Origin: an uncultured Acidobacteriota bacterium
GTDB taxonomy: Bacteria > Acidobacteriota > Thermoanaerobaculia > Multivoradales > SZUA-115
Length of the DNA: 64,000 bases
Assembly (NCBI GenBank): GCA_963805975.1
Contig: CAWDVR010000003.1
Span: 512,001 to 576,000, forward strand
Reading direction: 5' to 3'
Program-made: the position numbers and the translations under genes
Notes under the pieces: generated by a model
What the model was told of the DNA's origin: nothing
Databases searched by the model: none
Seen by the model: the letters and a program-made list of their open reading frames with translations, nothing else
Part shown: positions 61,942 to 64,000 of the stretch, piece by piece
How the letters are laid out: each line of letters opens with the position of its first letter
How positions within the stretch are numbered: the first letter of the stretch is position 1

Positions 61942-61976
61942 GACGCGGGAATCCTCCGGCGGCGGATTCTATGGCG

Positions 61977-62093
61977 CCCCTCACCCCTTCCCTCTCCCCG
62001 CCGAGGCGGGGCGAGGGCGCCACCGCCCTCCCGCGGCACCGCAGCCCTCCGATCCCCTCGCCCCGCTTGCGGGGAGAGGGCTAGGGTGAGGGG
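61977..62093. repeat. REP-like palindromic element, copy 2
   Basis: CCCCTCACCCCTTCCCTCTCCCCGCCGAGGCGGGGCGAGGG ... CCCTCGCCCCGCTTGCGGGGAGAGGGCTAGGGTGAGGGG. Confidence 0.75.
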
Positions 62094-62133
62094 CTGTACT
62101 ACTATCCACCCCCTTCTTTGGAGAGGAGTGCCC

Positions 62134-63036
62134 ATGGGGTTGCTGTCCGGTTCGGTGAGTGTCACGCGGTTCCAGGTCGCGCGGTCGGCGGGGCCCGATT
62201 TCGAGGCCGCGGCGTTTCGCGAGATCGCGCCCGGCTCCGAGGTCCGGGAGTCAATGGGCTTCGTGCCCTTCGAGCCCGAGGGGCCCTACGAGATCGGCGC
62301 CGGCCTCTACGCCTTCCGGGTGCGCATCGACAAGCTGCGGCCGGACCCCACCGCCGTCCAGGAGCGGCTGAAGCAGCTCGTCAAGACCGAGCTCGAGACC
62401 ACCGGCGCCGCCTTCGCCGGCCCCAAGAAACGCCGCGAGCTGCGCTTTCTGGCGGAGGCGGAGCTCCTCTCCCGCACCTCCCCGCGCTCGAAGATCGTCG
62501 AGTGCGCGCTCGACGGCACCGTGGTCTACGTCGGCTCCACGGCCCGCGGCGTGCTCGGCACGGTGCGCCTGCTCCTCTCCCGCGCCGGCGTCGATACCGC
62601 GCCCAAGACGCCGTGGCACGACCGCGGCCTGCCGGAGCTGCTCTCCGAGATCGTCGAGGTCCAGGACCAGGCCGAGTCGGTCTACGGCTGCCGGTTCCTG
62701 AAGGCGCTGGTCGGCGACCCGGACTTCCTGGTCGAGCCGGAGGAAGGCCGCGTGCGCCTGGCGACGCGCGAGGCCAGGATCTCGCTCACCGGCGAGGTGC
62801 TCGCCGACCTCCACCGCTACCTCGAGCGCGACGCCGAGGTGGTGGCCGCGAAGCTCCTCTCCGGCGACACCCGCTTCACCCTCGACGCCCCCGGCTTCCG
62901 CATCTCCGGCCTGAGCCTCGCCCCCTCCCGCACCGGCCATTGGACCAACGACCTGCTGCAGAGGATCGAGCAGATCTCAGACCTCTTCGAGCGGCTGGAG
63001 AAGAAGTTCGTGGAGCTGGGGGTGGCGGAGGGCTGA
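62134..63036 (+). CDS. RdgC-like recombination-associated protein
   Basis: MGLLSGSVSVTRFQV...AFREI...SMGFV...FRVRIDK resembles divergent RdgC-like proteins; GAGGAG RBS. Confidence 0.6.
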   Translation: MGLLSGSVSVTRFQVARSAGPDFEAAAFREIAPGSEVRESMGFVPFEPEGPYEIGAGLYAFRVRIDKLRPDPTAVQERLKQLVKTELETTGAAFAGPKKRRELRFLAEAELLSRTSPRSKIVECALDGTVVYVGSTARGVLGTVRLLLSRAGVDTAPKTPWHDRGLPELLSEIVEVQDQAESVYGCRFLKALVGDPDFLVEPEEGRVRLATREARISLTGEVLADLHRYLERDAEVVAAKLLSGDTRFTLDAPGFRISGLSLAPSRTGHWTNDLLQRIEQISDLFERLEKKFVELGVAEG

Positions 63037-63088
63037 CGGCGGGCCCGCAGCGGCGCTTGATGTAACCTACTCGCCGAGGACGAGCGCC

Positions 63089-63325
63089 ATGGGCGATTGG
63101 AAACAGCATCTCGAGGTCGACACTGCCGTCTGTGGCGGCAGTCTGCGGGCCAAGGGCACTCGGGTTCTGGTCACCAACATCCTGGACAGCTTTGCCGAGG
63201 GCGCCAGTCGTGAGCAGATCCTGGCGAGCTATCCGACCCTCCGTCCCGAGCACCTGGACGCGGCCCTCGCCTATGCCGCCGAGCTCGCCCACGAGGAGGC
63301 GCTCCTGCCCCTCCTCGCCTCATGA
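63089..63325 (+). CDS. DUF433-family antitoxin
   Basis: VCGG...KGTRVLVTNIL...G.S..QILASYPTL...AALAYA. Confidence 0.9.
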   Translation: MGDWKQHLEVDTAVCGGSLRAKGTRVLVTNILDSFAEGASREQILASYPTLRPEHLDAALAYAAELAHEEALLPLLAS

Positions 63326-63672
63326 GATTCAAGCTCGACGAGAACCTGCCGATCGAGATCGTCGAGGATCTCCGCGAGGCCGAGCACGACATCGACTCGG
63401 TGTACGACGAAGGTCTCGCGGGCGCGCCCGACGAGATGGTTGTCGCCCATGCGCTCTTGGAGAGCCGAATCCTGCTGACGATGGACAAGGGCATCGGCGA
63501 TCTGCGGGGTCTTGCTGGCTCGGGCTCGCCGGGAATCGTGCTCTTTCGGCCCCGCGCGACAGGCCGCAGCAGCGCTCTTGCCTTCGTGCGCCGTCACCTG
63601 CCGGCGGTCCTGCGCTCAGACATCGAAGGCCGCTTGGTGATCGTCAGCGAATCCAGCCTGAGAATTCGCTAA
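63322..63672 (+). CDS. DUF5615-family PIN-like toxin
   Basis: MRFKLDENLP, GAPDE, ILLTMDKG, GIVLFR; ATGA overlap. Confidence 0.9.
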   Translation: MRFKLDENLPIEIVEDLREAEHDIDSVYDEGLAGAPDEMVVAHALLESRILLTMDKGIGDLRGLAGSGSPGIVLFRPRATGRSSALAFVRRHLPAVLRSDIEGRLVIVSESSLRIR

Positions 63673-63684
63673 CCCCTAAGAGAA

Positions 63685-63713
63685 ACGCCCCCTCCCGCGA
63701 GGAGAGGGGGCGT
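63685..63713 (-). terminator. Intrinsic terminator hairpin
   Basis: ACGCCCCCTC...GAGGGGGCGT 10-bp stem followed by TTCT on the minus strand, just after the last gene. Confidence 0.65.
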
Positions 63714-63733
63714 GATGCGAGGCCGTTACTGCC

Positions 63734-64000
63734 TTACGGCACGCAGGCGGTGACGTTGACGTTATCGAGGAACCAGCCGTCGCCGGTCACCGAACAGTCG
63801 GTCATCGAGGTGAAGCCGATGCGGACCGCCTTGCCGGCGCAGCCGCCGACGTTGCCGGCGATCGCGTTGCAGGCCGCGTCGAGGTCGACCGTGGTGGTCG
63901 AGAACGCCGCCGCCGTGCCGGTGAAGATCGAGGCGCCCGCCGCGCCTGCCGGCGCGCAGGACGCCAGCAGCGTGCCGCCGTAGGTGGTGCCGCTGATGAT
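63734..64000 (-). CDS. C-terminal end of a probably secreted protein (beta-sandwich-like), 5' end outside the window
   Basis: Manual translation: ...TTTVDLDAACNAIAGNVGGCAGKAVRIGFTSMTDCSVTGDGWFLDNVNVTACVP*. Confidence 0.7.
   Translation of the reverse strand: MISGTTYGGTLLASCAPAGAAGASIFTGTAAAFSTTTVDLDAACNAIAGNVGGCAGKAVRIGFTSMTDCSVTGDGWFLDNVNVTACVP

Overview
A very GC-rich, gene-dense 64-kb chromosomal window. It most likely comes from an Acidobacteriota (Thermoanaerobaculia-like) genome or MAG; this is inferred from gene content and protein tails, not proven. Housekeeping genes include an ABC ATPase/tesA pair, mazG, dnaK-hspR with a HAIR-like operator, a DnaC-like ATPase, a SpoIID/SPOR lipoprotein, an aminotransferase + omega-amidase pair, acyl-CoA dehydrogenase-meaB-mce, carA, a LolC/E-like permease, ppa, recQ, a pseudouridine synthase and an RdgC-like gene. 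About seven toxin-antitoxin modules or remnants are interspersed. The most notable features are: (1) an MscS channel fused to an FHA domain and coupled to a membrane-anchored Hanks-type pseudokinase (HRD->HGN); (2) an asnB-methyltransferase-GT2 operon followed by four tandem paralogous multi-pass GT-C-like genes; (3) an orphan protein with an xxHV/Q-motif repeat leader and a eukaryote-like basic/acidic C-terminal half (candidate injected effector); (4) two unrelated secreted proteins sharing a C-terminal (I/L)FxDGFExG...W tail; (5) a BTAD/STAND activator with 22-bp-spaced direct repeats in front of a divergent gene; (6) recurrent leaderless TAnnnT-N6-8-start promoters and one duplicated 22-bp promoter/RBS module. 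Several genes are frameshifted at G/C runs, probably from long-read consensus errors. I saw no rRNA, tRNA, CRISPR array, transposase or prophage.
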